This document shows positions 1 to 10,089 of a stretch of 64,000 nucleotides of DNA, piece after piece. The stretch is taken from positions 8,450 to 72,449 of the forward strand of contig CAVUVW010000024.1 in the NCBI GenBank assembly GCA_963745035.1. The letters are read 5' to 3'. This DNA comes from an uncultured delta proteobacterium. Lineage in GTDB: Bacteria; Desulfobacterota; Binatia; UBA9968. The stretch's first letter is position 1, and each line of letters opens with the position of its first letter. A program made the position numbers and the translations under genes. Below the pieces are notes generated by a model that worked only from the letters and a program-made list of their open reading frames with translations, made no database searches and had not been told where the DNA came from.

Positions 1-862
1 TCGCTTCCAATCCCATCGGACTGTCCACGTGAACCGGGAGCACGGGGATCTCGCCGTCGTCCTCCATTTTGCGAATGATGTAAATCAATTCCTGGGTTCG
101 GCCGACGGCGAAAGCTGGAATGATCAGGCAGCCGCGCCGCTCGACCGTCGCCTTGATCAGCTCGCGCAGCTCGCTTTCGGAATCCTTGGCGTGGCTTCGG
201 TTGCCGTAGGTCGACTCGATAAGCAGCCAGTCGGCGCCGCCCGCGGGCTCAGGATCTTTGAGGATCGGCCGGTCGTAGCGCCCAAGGTCGCCCGAGTCGA
301 CGAGCGTTCTCACATGCCCGTTTGACTTGAAAGATAGTCGCGCCGAACCGGCGCCGAGAATATGGCCGACCCGGCTGAATTCGAGGAACACGCCTTCGGC
401 GACCTCGACGGACTCGCCGATGCGCGTCGAGCGCAGCAGGGTCAAAGACAGCTCGGCGTCCTCGACGCGATAGAGCGGCAGTGCCGGCGTGTGGCGCGAA
501 TAGCCTTTGCGGTTCGCGTAGCGCGCCTCTTCTTCCTGTAAGTGCGCCGCGTCCGGGAGCATCACGCCCAAAAGATCGCAGGTGGCGGGCGTCGCGAACA
601 CCGGTCCTTTATAGCCTTTGGAAACCAATCGCGGGAGGTAACCCGAATGATCGATGTGTGCGTGGGTGAGAATCACCGCGCGCAAGCGCTCCAGATCGAT
701 CGGCACCGGCGCCCAGTTGCGCTGGCGCAGTTCCTTCAGCCCCTGAAACAAGCCGCAGTCGATCAAGACCTGATCGTCGCCGCACGAAAATAAATATTTC
801 GATCCAGTGACCCCGCCCGCCGCGCCCAAAAACTGCAACGAAGCCGCCGCGCCATTCGACAT
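1..862 (-). CDS. MBL-fold metallo-hydrolase, beta-CASP/RNA-specificity family (runs off window edge)
   Basis: Manual translation: MSNGAAASLQFLGAAGGVTGSKYL..IDCGLFQG..LTHAHIDHSG..GHILG..SGDLG..ESTYG..IPAFAVGRTQE..VDSPM; GAGGA RBS upstream of ATG 862. Confidence 0.9.
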   Translation of the reverse strand, partial: MSNGAAASLQFLGAAGGVTGSKYLFSCGDDQVLIDCGLFQGLKELRQRNWAPVPIDLERLRAVILTHAHIDHSGYLPRLVSKGYKGPVFATPATCDLLGVMLPDAAHLQEEEARYANRKGYSRHTPALPLYRVEDAELSLTLLRSTRIGESVEVAEGVFLEFSRVGHILGAGSARLSFKSNGHVRTLVDSGDLGRYDRPILKDPEPAGGADWLLIESTYGNRSHAKDSESELRELIKATVERRGCLIIPAFAVGRTQELIYIIRKMEDDGEIPVLPVHVDSPMGLEA

Positions 863-1004
863 GCACCACCATCCTCAAACGGTTGTCTCGCACCGATTAA
901 GTAAACAGAGCAACGCAACTTGCGCAAGCGCGTGGCGCAATTCCCATCACTCCATGACTCCAACCTCCAAAGCATGCGGAACATTGCGACGAAGACTAGC
1001 TTGA

Positions 1005-1093
1005 TGGCGGAGGGGGCGGGATTCGAACCCGCGGCCCACGGTGTGGGCGCCGGTTTTCAAGACCGGTGGTTTCAACCGCTCACCCACCCCTCC
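1005..1093 (-). tRNA. tRNA-Ser (anticodon TGA), long variable arm, encoded CCA
   Basis: Reverse complement GGAGGGGTGGGTGAGCGGTTGAAACCACCGGTC-TTGAAA-ACCGGCGCCCACACCGTGGGCCGCGGGTTCGAATCCCGCCCCCTCCGCCA folds as a class II cloverleaf with GTTCGAATC T-loop. Confidence 0.95.
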
Positions 1094-1121
1094 GAGAATG
1101 ATGTTCAACTACTTACGCGGT

Positions 1122-2308
1122 CTACGTGCGCTCGGCGGGAAAATCCTTGGTAACAGCATGTGGAACAAATTCCGAATCCTTTTGCAACGTCGCCGCGGTT
1201 TTAAATTCACATAGCGCTTGATGCATCTGCAACGCTGTTGTGTCCGGCCGCTTTCATCGCGATATCGACGTGAACACCGCGGCGCGACCATTCCGTCTTG
1301 GCGCTGTGTCGGTAATCGTGAAAGCGAAAATTTTCGATCTTCGCGCGCTTGCGAGCAACTCTCACGGCCTGTGTGATCATGTCCTTCGTGATCGGCCGCC
1401 CGTCATCCCGCGTAAATACCAGGCCGTTGACATTGGCGACGATGGCGCCGCTGCGTTTCTCCTGCTCGATCTCTTCCAGGATCTCCAAGACGCGATCGGT
1501 AAGCGGCGCTCGCTGCTCAACGCCTGTCTTGACTCTGCCGCCCGTGGGAACGATCTCCCGCTGTACGCGATCGATCATGCCTTTTGTCAGTCGAACGATG
1601 TCGCCTTGTGATAAACACGTCTCGCGCGCAACCATGGCGACGCGCTGAAGCCATGCCGGATAGGCTTCTAAGATTGCCCTTTCTTCTTTGTCATTCAGAA
1701 TCCGATCACGGTGCGATCGCTGTATCAAACCCGCGAAGGAAGGTGTAGCGGCTTCGTGCTCGTTCTCCCTGGCCTTATTAAGCATGTGGCGAAGACAGGA
1801 GAGTTCGTTTGCCACAGTCCCCGGTGAAACTGTCTTGGCGGCCTGCTTCCCGGCGCGGATGATATGCTCCCGAAGGCGTTGCGTCCGGTACTTGAACAAA
1901 TGCTCCCGCTGAATCCCTGTAATCAGTACCGAGCCCAACAGCCGCTTGATGGCCGCCACGAGATCGCGCTCGCGATTGAACGATCGCTTTGTCTTTATTT
2001 CCTCGAGATCCAAATAGCAATCCGCCCAGCTCGCAACGGTCATTCCTTCAGCGGCCTTTATCTTGTCGCCGTCAAAGTCCTCTCTCTTCACGTTCCGGCC
2101 CTGATAGAGCGCGAGAGCTTCTTTGGCCGCTCCCAGCTGAGAGCCAAGCGGGAACTTCCGCCGCTTGCCCTTCCAGTCGGTGAAAAATTGCGTAATAGAT
2201 CGTCCGCCAGTCGGCGCCGGCGGTCTGGTACTGCCGCCGGTACAGATGCTTGACCGGCACTTCGACCTTGCCGCGGCGCTCGGTTACTCGTTCGAACGTT
2301 TCTTTCAT
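1122..2308 (-). CDS. Tyrosine recombinase/phage integrase (frameshifts near ~2185 and ~1225)
   Basis: N-term MKETFERVTERRGK..; core with TVANELSCLRHML, RVKTG, FRFHDYRH, AGHNS, and catalytic Tyr (..RYVNLKP) recovered after frame correction. Confidence 0.85.
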
Positions 2309-2353
2309 AAAATTCCTTTCTGCCGTTCCCTAGCTCTGTTATGGTAAGCAGCA

Positions 2354-2617
2354 ATGTATCCACAAGACCGTGAAATGTGGGTTGCCGTCCTCGCGCTTGC
2401 ATTCGCAGACTTGGAAAACGACGCTACCCGCCTAGACGCATTCAACTGGATCACCTCCACTAACCGCGATGTCGGCAGCTTCAATTGGATTTGTCATCAC
2501 GTTGGCGTTGAGCCGGCTTATCTGCGCCGCGGGTTGCAACACAATCTGACGCAACAACACATACCGCCGGTGCTCCGCGCAGTCGGAGAATCCGAGAGTC
2601 GGTCCAACACGAGTTAA
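2354..2617 (+). CDS. Small conserved hypothetical phage/island protein
   Basis: 87-aa ORF with pattern W.AVL..A..D..DA..WI.S....GSF.WIC...G.EP.YLRRGL, recognised from small mobile-element proteins. Confidence 0.55.
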   Translation: MYPQDREMWVAVLALAFADLENDATRLDAFNWITSTNRDVGSFNWICHHVGVEPAYLRRGLQHNLTQQHIPPVLRAVGESESRSNTS

Positions 2618-2620
2618 ACA

Positions 2621-2896
2621 TCACCTCCTTTTCAGAAGCTCAATCATTTCTTCTACCGTCTCGATCTCATCCTTCTTTCTGTAGTAGCAAAGTTCGACCA
2701 GTTGCCTCATCTTATTGACAATAATTCGGGCTTCCATCTTACTGAGAGACTTCTCTTGGTCTTCTGTCGCTTTATTTTCCTCTCTTCTCAGGCGCTCGAC
2801 TTCCTCAAGCCACGCTTGTAGCATTTCTTTGCTCACCGTGTACTCGTCGGCGTCTGGTTCGAGGATTTCCCTCATTTGATCAATTGTCTGATGCAC
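2621..2896 (-). CDS. Hypothetical coiled-coil protein
   Basis: 91-aa charged helical ORF with AGGAGAGG RBS upstream. Confidence 0.5.
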   Translation of the reverse strand: MHQTIDQMREILEPDADEYTVSKEMLQAWLEEVERLRREENKATEDQEKSLSKMEARIIVNKMRQLVELCYYRKKDEIETVEEMIELLKRR

Positions 2897-2931
2897 GTCG
2901 TCCCTCTCCTTTCATTTGGCTGCTCCTCATG

Positions 2932-3165
2932 TCAGGAAGATGATACTCCAGTCTCTTGAATTTCCCGAGCCGGACCTTTTGAGCCCGGCCCCACGTTGAT
3001 ATGGGTTTTGATTTCGGCCGGCGATCGCACCGCCCGCCGGCCCGGTTTGCGTGACCGGTAAGTTTCCCCGCGCGCGAGTACGAGTTCGCCTTTTACCTTG
3101 CGCGCCTGTTTTGGAACGCTACCAACTGCCATGATTGAAACGTCTCCCTGACGATATGCTTTCAT
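2932..3165 (-). pseudogene. Fragment of YRQGDV...GExTGH conserved hypothetical family
   Basis: MKAYRQGDVSI..LVLARGE then frameshifted TGHA; remainder degenerate; GGAGGG RBS. Confidence 0.45.
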
Positions 3166-3289
3166 TTTTTTGCCCTCCGGGTTTAGGGTCGATTTTCAAA
3201 CCTTAAAGCCAATCAGGGCGCAACGGTGGGGCACGTGGAAAGCAACATTGCCCCAGGTTACTAAAACCTAGTCCGCGTTAGTCAACCAG

Positions 3290-3494
3290 TTATTTAGCTT
3301 TCTTTTTAGGCCGACCGCCGAGTGACTTCGTGTTTTTGTATTTGGTCAAATCCGGGCGCTGGATAAGGAAGACGCCACCCACGTCGATATATGGCAATCG
3401 ACCGCGGTTGATGGATTTTGTGGATCGCCGCCCGCGTCACTTTCAACAGCTTGGCAGCTTGCGGGACCGTGACAAGTTTCTCGGTGTCAACCAT
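3290..3494 (-). CDS. Excisionase-like HTH DNA-binding protein (1-nt frameshift)
   Basis: Corrected MVDTEKLVTVPQAAKLLKVTRAAIHKSINRGRLPYIDVGGVFLIQRPDLTKYKNTKSLGGRPKK, HTH_17/Xis pattern. Confidence 0.7.
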
Positions 3495-3593
3495 GGGAGT
3501 CATTATTCAGTTACCCTAACTGTGTCGATCCGCTTCTTTATCTCTCTCCTAAGAGGTTGTTTAAATTTCCTCTCCATTATAGGAACCGAGAAC

Positions 3594-4364
3594 GTGAAGG
3601 AAATTATACAAATATCGTCGGTCATGCTCTGCCACAATCGTCTTGTGCTTTCAAAAAGATGTCTAGAGTCTTACCTGAATACCATATCGGTTCCTTATGA
3701 ATTACTTATCGTCAACAACGCATCGACGGATGCCACTAGCGAATGGCTTGAGGAAATAAGAAAAGATACGCGAATAAGGAATATTATCCATCGGGAGCAA
3801 AATGATCCAGCTGCGGCTTTAAATACAGCCCTGGCCATGTGTACGGGCAGATACCTCCACATTATGGAAAATGATTATATCTATCATGATGGATGGGATA
3901 CCTACGTGCTTGACTGTTTTGATCGGATCCCTAACCTCGGCCAGTTATGTATTTGCTCGGGAGCCCCAAGATTGATCGGCTCGCATCATAGAGAATTGGT
4001 ATACCTGTCGACGGATAATGTTGTCAGTAGTTCGGTATTTCCAAGAGCGCTTTTTTTTGATCAAAAAATTAGATGGCAGAATGATTACAAGGGCTTTATG
4101 CCGGGTGACAAGACGTTTTCTGATACAGTGAAAAGAGCTGGATTTCTAGTTGCCTGGCCTGACAGACACATTGCAGAAGCCGTCGGGTTTTCCAGGAAGG
4201 AATACGCAAGAGATCCCGATTACTATATAAAAAACTATAAACGGAAACTTCCACCCGTCCGGTTATTCTTGAAAAACATGCTTCGCACCAGACGCGATTG
4301 GCGAACAATAAAAAGACTAATCATGTTTTACTGGCTCAAAGTGAAGACTTATTTCACCTCATAG
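3594..4364 (+). CDS. Glycosyltransferase family 2 (island cargo, AT-rich)
   Basis: ISSVMLCHNR..ELLIVNNASTDAT..ALN.AL..CTGRYLHIMENDY GT-A motifs. Confidence 0.85.
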   Translation: MKEIIQISSVMLCHNRLVLSKRCLESYLNTISVPYELLIVNNASTDATSEWLEEIRKDTRIRNIIHREQNDPAAALNTALAMCTGRYLHIMENDYIYHDGWDTYVLDCFDRIPNLGQLCICSGAPRLIGSHHRELVYLSTDNVVSSSVFPRALFFDQKIRWQNDYKGFMPGDKTFSDTVKRAGFLVAWPDRHIAEAVGFSRKEYARDPDYYIKNYKRKLPPVRLFLKNMLRTRRDWRTIKRLIMFYWLKVKTYFTS

Positions 4365-4975
4365 ATCCGCTACCGTCGAGCACTAAAGGATGATACTCAC
4401 GGCGCCGTGCTGATGGATCTTCAGCTCTCCGTCTACCGGTTTCAGTCTGTGCTCGTCGTACCACCCGATATAGTAGCCCTTGTAAGTCCATGTGTGGACA
4501 TGCGGAGCCTCTTTCTGGCGCTCACTGTTGCTATCATCCTTCTCGGCTGAGCTTCAACAGAATTTCCCACCCGCGGCCCTGTTCCAATGGCGCCAAAAGC
4601 TTCGCCGCGCGTTTAGGTAACCAGTGAGTCCAGCGGCATTCCGGCGAGCAAAACCTCCGGACACTGCCGCGCCGCGATTGGCGGTCAGCCATGGGAGCCT
4701 CACACAGCAGGTTTGAACATCGCTCAGACAGGCCTAATCCAAAGCGTTAATGCTTTCCTGGCACACTTTCCCGCCCCGGTTAGGGGTTTGCTACCCTCGC
4801 GCAAATTCGTGGTTTTGACCTTCGCGAACGGAAAACCGAAGCCGAGTAGCCAGAGCGCAGCGACATTTATTCCGTGACGCAGCGCACCGCCGATCAGCCG
4901 ATGAAGACAATGAAATAGCCCGAAATAGGATTCATTCAGTCTCTTTACCACAAGCCGCTGAGGTCGGACGCTTCT

Positions 4976-5822
4976 CTATTTGGTTCCAGCTGCGATGAGA
5001 AGCTCGCTCGGAAACTCAACGCCATTCGGACCTTGGAACCTGCTAAACTCTTGCTCAATTTCCACCCAAGCCTTTTCTCTCTCAGTGTCACTGAGTTTCG
5101 CGGTGAGCTGCTGCAAAATGGGGGTTTGCATGGCCTTAACAGCGTCAGCGGCCGAGGCGAATCGCCTTTGTACGAGGAACTGCTTTGATGAGAACTTCGA
5201 GGAAGCCGGCTGTCCTAAAGAGAGCTTCGAGAATCGAGGGTTCCCCTAAAGTGAACATCCCGGGCACGTCCGGGCCCGGGGACGGGATGTTTCCAATACG
5301 CCGAGCAATCGCGAGCGGAAGCCAATGGAATGGATTTTTCTCCGCGCTTGACCACACAAGGGCAACCACCCTCGATCCGGGCTTCACCACACGTCGCATC
5401 CCGAAAAGAGCTTTACCGCGCTCGGGAAACAACATGAGACCCTGCCGGCAGATAACGGCATCGAACGAGTCGGCTTCAAGGTCGATGTTCGCCGCATCCA
5501 TCACCCGCGTCTCGACGTTGTTAAGTCCTGCATCCCGAATCGCTTCGGCAGCCAAATTCAACATGCTGGCAGAAACGTCTGTGGCTAACACGTACCCGCT
5601 CGGACCGACGCGTTGAGCTGCCCGGATGGTCTGCTCGCCCGTACCGGCGGCGACATCCAGAACTCTGGAACCGGCGCGGAGATTGGCGAGGTCGAGCATC
5701 ATCTCGTCTGCGATGGCGTTGACCTTAGCCCGCTGCGCTTTTCTGCGCTGCCATTCTTCGGCGACGTCGGCGGCGCCGAAAACTGCTCCCTCTTCACTTG
5801 TACTCGGCAATTTTGTGATCAT
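4976..5822 (-). CDS. Class I SAM-dependent methyltransferase, UbiE-like (frameshift near ~5160)
   Basis: VLDVAAGTG, ATDVSASML, DSFDAV; C-term MQTPILQQL..FQGPNGVEFPSELLIAAGTK* in adjacent frame. Confidence 0.85.
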
Positions 5823-5931
5823 CGCATTCTCCCTCTTTCCCGGTAACACCATGGGAACAATTTTCATGGGAAACGTGGTCAATCTGGACAATGCGAATCA
5901 ATTAGCACAATCGGAGAAAAGTTTGAAAGAC

Positions 5932-5965
5932 AAATAAAAACGGCGACCTATCGCTAAGTCGCCGT
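5932..5965 (-). terminator. Rho-independent terminator downstream of the displaced tRNA 5' half
   Basis: Minus strand ACGGCGAC-ttagcgatag-GTCGCCGT followed by TTTTATTT. Confidence 0.65.
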
Positions 5966-5999
5966 CTCTTATCAACACTCGCGTTTTGGGCTGTTCAGT

Positions 6000-6039
6000 T
6001 TTTCAAGACCGGTGGTTTCAACCGCTCACCCACCCCTCC
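6000..6039 (-). repeat. att site: duplicated 5' half of tRNA-Ser ending at the anticodon loop
   Basis: 40-bp exact copy of 1054-1093. Confidence 0.9.
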
Positions 6040-6065
6040 AAGAATGCTGTTAGATACTTACGAGG

Positions 6066-6442
6066 CTACGTGCTCGGCGGGAGAATCCGTGTTGCAACTA
6101 TGTTGCAAAATTCCGAATCCCTTTGCAACGTCCCGCGGCTTCAAATTCACGTACCGCTGATACACTGCAACGCTCTTGTGCCCTGCCGCTTTCATCGCAA
6201 CGTCGACGCGAACGCCCGACCTGACATTCGGTTTTTGCGCTGTGTCGACAATCGTGAAACCGGAAATTGTTCACCTTTCGCGCGCCTACGCGCAACTCTC
6301 AGGGCCTGGGTGATCGTTCTTGTGGATTGCCCGGCCGTCATCCCGGGTGAAGATCAGCCCTCTCATGTTGGTTAGAACCCGGCCCGCCTTCCGCACCTCT
6401 ACTCCGCCTCGGGCTCAATTACTCGTTCGAAGGTTCCTGCAT
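6066..6442 (-). pseudogene. Internally deleted paralog of the 1122-2308 integrase
   Basis: MQE(T)FERVIE..GVEV joined directly to KAGRVLTNMRGLIFTRDDGRAI..NFRFHDCRHSAKTE; roughly 800 bp of the middle is missing. Confidence 0.85.
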
Positions 6443-6925
6443 GCCTTTTCCTTTCTTTACTTGGCTTCTTTTGGGAAGTGCAGGTTCTGTCGTACGCAGA
6501 TTATAGGCGGGCATCCCGTTATCGCGGTAATGACCATCAGTATCGATGCTGTAATCGTCTTGCAGCTTCAACGTTAAACGCCAAGCGTTAGCATCACACC
6601 GGGTTTGGCGGGAAATTTTTCAACTGCCTGATAGTTGCTGTGGGTACTCTTCCAACCTTACGTCGGCAAGAGATCCTCGCCTGAATTTTCTGTGCCTGTT
6701 ACCACGCCGGGCGTAAATGCCGCGACTCCGGCGAATACTCAGTTTCCATATATTCTCGTAGTGTCTCTAAAACGCCCCGGCATAATCCGTGCTGTACAGT
6801 GCGTCTGGCTGGAGCTCGGGCACTGACATCTCGTTGTCAACATCTTTGATGGTCCTTGCTCCAGCCGCCATTCCTTTTTGTGTTGAGGGATCATCCATCG
6901 GCAAGCGCTTTTGAGCTGGCGATAA

Positions 6926-7102
6926 ATGCCTATCATTCGCGGGATCAAGGTTTTGGTTTATGGCTTGGTTTGGTTGCTGGCAGCAGGGGTAATCGGTTGG
7001 GCCCTCGATCTGAATGCCGACGCGATGATCTTCGTGCTCATAGCAGTGGCGCTTGTCGCCGTTGTGACAGGTATTTGGCTATTCGAGGAACTGGATGGCT
7101 GA
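6926..7102 (+). CDS. Small two-TM membrane protein (58 aa)
   Basis: MPIIRGIKVLVYGLVWLLAAGVIGWALDLNADAMIFVLIAVALVAVVTGIWLFEELDG; below the ORF-track cutoff. Confidence 0.45.
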   Translation: MPIIRGIKVLVYGLVWLLAAGVIGWALDLNADAMIFVLIAVALVAVVTGIWLFEELDG

Positions 7103-7158
7103 AATAGGCAAAATGGCAAGTAAACACCTCCGACTCCCGTTCCAGCTCCATTACACGC

Positions 7159-7416
7159 GTGGGAAAGGTGCCTCCAGTGTCTTTGAAGATTCGTTTCGAC
7201 GACAACAGTTTTCATGCCCTAAAGAGATCCGTCCCGCCGCAGTCGCAGTCACGAACTGTCCTCGAATCCGCAGTACACGTCACGTTCTTCGAGGTCGTTA
7301 TAAACTGCACGGAGGCGGAAGCACGAACTTTTCTGCTTTATGCTGATCACTGCCCCGCAGTCGTCGCGTCGATCGAGCAGGCGCTGCGCGAAGCAGCGAG
7401 GTCGCGGACAGGTTGA
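7159..7416 (+). CDS. Small hypothetical protein
   Basis: 85-aa ORF with amphipathic, protein-like composition (INCTEAEARTFLLYADHCP). Confidence 0.45.
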   Translation: MGKVPPVSLKIRFDDNSFHALKRSVPPQSQSRTVLESAVHVTFFEVVINCTEAEARTFLLYADHCPAVVASIEQALREAARSRTG

Positions 7417-7425
7417 CCACCGCAA

Positions 7426-7500
7426 ATGGCGATACTGACCTGCATTCTCGGGCTCGTCCTTGCGGTTGTAATCGTCGTTTACTTGCTTTTCGAAGAATGA
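7426..7500 (+). CDS. Putative 24-aa single-TM peptide
   Basis: MAILTCILGLVLAVVIVVYLLFEE*, starts 9 nt after the preceding stop. Confidence 0.3.
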   Translation: MAILTCILGLVLAVVIVVYLLFEE

Positions 7501-7770
7501 TTTTTCCGTGGCGTCCGCTGCGTGTTCTACCCTTTAGCCCTCCGACTCTCTCCGACGCCTCACGATTTCGAGTATTATGGCGATGTTTTGGTCTAAAGAG
7601 CTGATGTGCTGCAGATTATCCGTCAGCCGGAGGCAAGTCATGCAATCCTGAATGCAGCAACTGACTGCCAATGCCCTCATGCGATTTGCGTTCTGATGCA
7701 TTGCGTTCCGCCTAATAGTGAAATAATAAGATTGAAATTCTGTGTGCTGAATTGTTCGGGGACCACAAGA

Positions 7771-8778
7771 ATGCACCTTTGGCTACGCATGTTTTTTTCA
7801 GTCCTGCTCATCTTCGCCATCGGCTTCTTCGGTGTGATTACGTCGGCCGGCGCACAGACGAAAATGGAGAAGCTTCACGTCGGCTACAGCGCTCAAGCCG
7901 GTTCCCTAGCGCCGATATGGGTCACCAAGGAAGCCGGATTTTTTAAAAAGCACGGCCTCGACGTTGAGCTGCTCTTCATTCCGGGAGGGCCGACGGCCGC
8001 GGCCGCGCTGTTGTCCGGCGAGGTGCCGATCACCGTGATCGGCGGGCCGGCGGTGGTGAGCAGCAATCTCGCCGGCTCGGATCTCGTCATGATCGCCGGT
8101 ATCGTCAATACATTCGCTTTTCAGATCGTCACGGTTAAAGGCATTACTTCTTACCAGCAACTCAAAGGTAAACGCCTCGGCGTGAACCGCTTCGGCGCCT
8201 CGCCCGACGTGGCCGCACGATTTGCGTTGAAGCATATGGGCATCGATCCCAAGGAGCTGACAATCCTGCAGCTAGGCGAGCAGTCGACCCGGTTGCAGGC
8301 CATGATGGCGGGACAACTCGAGGCTGCAGTCTTTTTGCCGCCGATCACCACGATCGCGCAGAAACAAGGCATGAACGTGCTTCTGGATCTCGCCGAATTG
8401 GGCGCGGAGTTTCAGATTACCGGACTTGGGAGCAGCCAGAAGTTTCTCAGCCAACACCGCCCGACGGCGATCAAGTTTATGCAGGCGTTCGTAGAAGGCA
8501 TTCACTATTACAAGACACACAAGCCGGAGAGCATGAAAACCATCGCGAAGTACATGAAGATCAGCGACATGGAGTCCGTCGGCGCGACCTATGACTACTT
8601 CGCGCCTAAAGTCGTGCCGCGGAAGCCCTACCCTTCCCTCAAAGGCATCAAAGCATTGATCGATTTGGCAGCGCTTGAAAAGCCTGAGGGAAAAAGCCCT
8701 TCGCCCGAGCGATTTGTGAACACAACGATCCTGAAGGAAGTTGATGACAGCGGATTCATCGATCGTTTGTATCGCTGA
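7771..8778 (+). CDS. ABC transporter substrate-binding protein, NMT1/THI5/SsuA family
   Basis: Signal peptide, then LAPIWVTKEAGFFKKHGLDVEL, LKGKRLGV, GFIDRLY. Confidence 0.9.
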   Translation: MHLWLRMFFSVLLIFAIGFFGVITSAGAQTKMEKLHVGYSAQAGSLAPIWVTKEAGFFKKHGLDVELLFIPGGPTAAAALLSGEVPITVIGGPAVVSSNLAGSDLVMIAGIVNTFAFQIVTVKGITSYQQLKGKRLGVNRFGASPDVAARFALKHMGIDPKELTILQLGEQSTRLQAMMAGQLEAAVFLPPITTIAQKQGMNVLLDLAELGAEFQITGLGSSQKFLSQHRPTAIKFMQAFVEGIHYYKTHKPESMKTIAKYMKISDMESVGATYDYFAPKVVPRKPYPSLKGIKALIDLAALEKPEGKSPSPERFVNTTILKEVDDSGFIDRLYR

Positions 8779-8840
8779 CCGAGAACGCCGGTCGCGCTAA
8801 CGTCGCCACCCAAACACTAAACCGATTTTTTGGAGGAGAG

Positions 8841-9950
8841 ATGCTGGACTTTATCAATCCGTCGCACCCGTCTGAATTTGCCGTTTTGCGGCTCGTCGCC
8901 GAGGCACAAGAGGGCGGCGGCGACGTTTTCGACATCGGCCGTTTGTGCAAGACGCTTCAGCCCGGCGATTTGGAAGGTTGGGAAAAAGGCTGGCTGGCAC
9001 TCGCGGAGTCCATCGAGGCAAAAGCCAAACGCGAGCTGGCGCTGGGCCACAAGCGCACCGCGATGCAGTTCTTTTTTCATGCCAATCAATACTACCGCAT
9101 GTCCGACGTGTTCCTCGCCGGCGATGAGCTGGAGCGCAGAAAGGCGCGCTTTCTCAAATGCCAGGAGAATTTTCACGCGGCCGCAAAGCTGCACACGCCG
9201 CCCATCGAGATCGTCAAGATCCGTTGCGGGGCGGAAGAATATGAAGGGTACTTCTGTCATCCCCTAAATCCCGCACCCGGCAAGTGGCCCGTCGTCTTTC
9301 TGATCGGCGGCGCCGACGCCTTCTCGGAGGAGCTTTACTTCGACGGCAGGCCCGCCACGGAGCGCGGTTGGGCGCTTCTCCTCGTCGACACTCCCGGGCG
9401 AGGCTCGTCGATCTATGTGAAGGGCATTGTCTCGCGGCCGGACTATGAAGTTCCCGTCAAAGCCTGCTTCGATTATTTGGAATCGCGGCCCGAAGTGGAC
9501 GCGAAGCGCCTAGCCGTCATCGGCATCAGCATGGCCGGCTACTACGCGCCGCGCGCGGTAGCCTTCGAACCCCGCGCGAAAGCGTACATCGGTTGGTCAG
9601 GCTGCTACAGCGTGTTGGACGATCTCTACGAGTTCTGCCCGAATTTGCGAGCGACCGTGCGACGCTTGCTCGGCGGTTTGACCGACGAACAGGCGCGCGA
9701 GCGGCTCAAAGCCTTCACCATGGAAGGGATCGCGCAGAATATAAAATGCCCGACTTTGATCACTCACGGCGGTCACGATATCCGCATGAGTGTCGAGGGA
9801 GCCAAGCGGCTGTTTAACGAGATCGGCGCCAAGGACAAGACGTTGATGATCTACGACGATCCAAAAGCCGGCGGCACGATTCATTGCAGCCATGACTATT
9901 GGGCGCACAATGTGCCGTTCATGCTCGACTGGCTCGAAGAACGGCTGTAA
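8841..9950 (+). CDS. Alpha/beta hydrolase, FrsA / 2,6-dihydroxypseudooxynicotine-hydrolase-like
   Basis: GGADAFSEE, VDTPGRG, nucleophile elbow GISMAG, GGHD, C-terminal HC. Confidence 0.85.
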   Translation: MLDFINPSHPSEFAVLRLVAEAQEGGGDVFDIGRLCKTLQPGDLEGWEKGWLALAESIEAKAKRELALGHKRTAMQFFFHANQYYRMSDVFLAGDELERRKARFLKCQENFHAAAKLHTPPIEIVKIRCGAEEYEGYFCHPLNPAPGKWPVVFLIGGADAFSEELYFDGRPATERGWALLLVDTPGRGSSIYVKGIVSRPDYEVPVKACFDYLESRPEVDAKRLAVIGISMAGYYAPRAVAFEPRAKAYIGWSGCYSVLDDLYEFCPNLRATVRRLLGGLTDEQARERLKAFTMEGIAQNIKCPTLITHGGHDIRMSVEGAKRLFNEIGAKDKTLMIYDDPKAGGTIHCSHDYWAHNVPFMLDWLEERL

Positions 9951-10089
9951 CGGTCAGCGCGACAAAGTTCTCCGCCAAATTGCACTGCACCGCAAATGAT
10001 TTCGGAGTTTCGCCGGCAGCCACATTCACGGCGCAATGAATTTTTCGCCGCGGAGCCGGGCGGCGTTTTTTGGTGGTCGCGCTCACAGC

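Larger units (their letters stand above)
1054..6039. mobile_element. Integrative element (~5 kb) at tRNA-Ser, bounded by 40-bp direct repeats
   Basis: TTTTCAAGACCGGTGGTTTCAACCGCTCACCCACCCCTCC is identical at 1054-1093 and 6000-6039; contains integrase, excisionase-like HTH and cargo. Confidence 0.85.

Noticed and set aside
1122-6000. Complete prophage or ICE
   Set aside because: No structural, replication or conjugation genes; only integrase, Xis-like HTH and cargo.
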